DNA of 64,000 bases, from assembly GCA_950097015.1 (NCBI GenBank), contig CATNEN010000038.1, positions 32,054,001 to 32,118,000 of the forward strand. Reading direction: 5' to 3'. Origin of the DNA: Macrostomum hystrix. Taxonomy: Eukaryota; Animalia; Platyhelminthes. Position 1 is the stretch's first letter; the number at the start of each line of letters is the position of its first letter. Made by a program: the position numbers and the translations under genes. This document shows positions 61,973-64,000 of this stretch, in pieces. The notes under the pieces were generated by a model that worked only from the letters and a program-made list of their open reading frames with translations, searched no databases and had not been told where the DNA came from.

Positions 61973-62778
61973 AAAGAGTTTTGAAAGGACCAGGGTGTCA
62001 CTGGCGTCTAACAAAACTTTTTTTGAATCATGCACTGGATCAGTATACAAAATTTTGTAATTATAATAAGATTAGGAATTTATTCAAAAATGTTTTTCCT
62101 TACTTTAATTGACTGGTATTTAATTTGTTGATTTAATTATTGTTTCAAAAAACGGTCGGGTTGCTAATTTTCTCATTTAATTCTTGGATTGTAAATAAAC
62201 AGCCAGGTGTTAGAGAACACCAGTCCTGTTTTGAGTATTGTATTCAATAAGAGTTAAGGTTGCGCTAATTGATGCATAGAGAATGAGACAAAAGCACTTA
62301 AAACTAACTGTTAACTGTGAGATGTGCGATCAAACAAAGGAACAATAGCATCTAGATAATGCAGCTATCAATGAGCTTAGTATATTAGAATTTTGCAAAT
62401 CCAATGATGCTTCATCATAATAGATAAAAACACTGACAATGGAGCATTGTGAAACTAATGCTTGCTCATTTTCAGCTAAAATTGTTGCTTTTGCAATAGT
62501 TACCGTTTTGCTTCACAGCAATGAGATGGCGACAAATCAGGAAATTTATTTCTCAGTGAGTCCACGGACTGAAATAAAAGGCTCTATCGATTTCTGCTTC
62601 GTGATTAATTGCTCAAAGTGCTGCTAGGGCAACAAGACAAGGACATTAAGCAAGCTAGAACGGTCTCGAAAAGGATATATAAATTAACTCTATTTTATGA
62701 CAGGAAGTGTCCTCCTTTAAGGTGTCTCAACCTAATGAAAAATGTCATCCACTTACTGATGATCTTAAGACACTTGAT

Positions 62779-62898
62779 GCACTGTTTTACAGCAATAGTT
62801 TAGTGATTCCACTTGTGCACTGTTTTACAGTAATAGTTTAGTGATTCCACTTGTGCACTGTTTTACAGCAATAGTTTAGTGATTCCACTTGTGCACTA
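62779..62898. repeat. 38-bp unit, about three copies
   Basis: gcactgttttacagcaatagtttagtgattccacttgt at 62779, 62817 and 62855. Confidence 0.85.
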
Positions 62899-62917
62899 TC
62901 TCAGAATTCAATGTGGC

Positions 62918-64000
62918 TTTCTGTCTAGTCTCTGTCTAGTCTCTGTCTAGTCTCTAGTCTCTGTCTAGTCTCTGTCTAGTCTCTGTCTAGTTTCTGTCTA
63001 GTCTCTAGTCTCTGTCTAGTTTCTGTCTAGTCTCTAGTCTCTGTCTAGTTTCTGTCTAGTCTCTAGTTTCTGTCTAGTTTCTGTCTAGTTTCTGTCTAGT
63101 TTCTGTCTAGTTTCTAGTAGCTGTCTAGTCTCTGTCTAGTTTCTGTCTAGTCTCTGTCTAGTCTCTGTCTAGTTTCTGTCTAGTCTCTGTCTAGTCTATG
63201 TCTAGTCTCTGTCTAGTTTCTGTCTAGTTTCTGTCTAGTTTCTGTCTAGTCTCTAGTTTCTGTCTAGTTTCTGTCTAGTCTCTAGTCTCTGTCTAGTCTC
63301 TGTCTAGTCTCTAGTAGCTGTCTAGTCTCTGTCTAGTTTCTGTCTAGTTTCTGTCTAGTCTCCAGTTTCTGTCTAGTTTCTGTCTAGTTTCTGTCTAGTT
63401 TCTAGTAGCTGTCTAGTCTCTAGTTTCTGTCTAGTTTCTGTCTAGTTTCTAGTAGCTGTCTAGTCTCTAGCTTCTGTCTAGTTTCTGTCTAGTTTCTGTC
63501 TAGTTTCTGTCTAGTTACTGTCTAGTTTCTGTCTAGTTTCTGTCTAGTCTCTAGTTTCTGTCTAGTTTCTGTCTAGTTTCTGTCTAGTTTCTGTCTAGTC
63601 TCTAGTTTCTGTCTAGTTTCTGTCTAGTTTCTGTCTAGTTTCTGTCTAGTTTCTGTCTAGTTTCTGTCTAGTCTCTAGTCTCTGTCTAGTCTCTGTCTAG
63701 TCTCTGTCTAGTTTCTAGTAGCTGTCTAGTCTCTAGTTTCTGTCTAGTTTCTGTCTAGTCTCTAGTCTCTGTCTAGTCTCTGTCTAGTCTCTGTCTAGTT
63801 TCTAGTAGCTGTCTAGTCTCTAGTTTCTGTCTAGTTTCTGTCTAGTTTCTGTCTAGTTTCTGTCTAGTCTCTAGTTTCTGTCTAGTCTCTAGTTTCTGTC
63901 TAGTTTCTGTCTAGTTTCTGTCTAGTCTCTAGTTTCTGTCTAGTTTCTGTCTAGTTTCTGTCTAGTTTCTGTCTAGTCTCTGTCTAGTTTCTGTCTAGTT
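62918..64000. repeat. 11-bp/7-bp compound repeat (t(t/c)tctgtctag / tctctag)n
   Basis: Runs off the window end. Confidence 0.95.

Noticed and set aside
59962-62050. Three 620-680-aa ORFs
   Set aside because: All three - strand frames of a 16-bp repeat that lacks stops; it lies in the zinc-finger gene intron.

Overview
Eukaryotic (animal) genomic DNA with spliced genes and a very high density of 10-38-bp minisatellites. GC-rich exons with poly-Ala/Gln/Gly tracts and minisatellite-filled introns suggest a free-living flatworm such as Macrostomum; this is inference and was not verified. Genes rebuilt by hand with phase-consistent GT-AG junctions: prominin (5' exons, -), MRPS27 (-), ZC3HC1/NIPA (+), a rhodopsin-family peptide-type GPCR (-), a calmodulin/light-chain-like EF-hand protein (+), PRMT7 (+) and the last exon of a klumpfuss-like C2H2 zinc-finger gene (-). 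Mobile DNA: (i) 1-8810 is a head-to-tail concatemer of two non-autonomous Helitron-like families (5' TC, 3' hairpin+CTAG on the - strand), the larger carrying two internal minisatellites; (ii) about 11310-14865 is a decayed Crypton-like region with two different DUF3504-type tyrosine recombinase genes in tandem, the second split by a ~700-bp insert; (iii) two MITE-like elements, a dispersed piggyBac-like end, and gag and LINE remnants. Most long ORFs in the supplied track are artefacts of tandem repeats.
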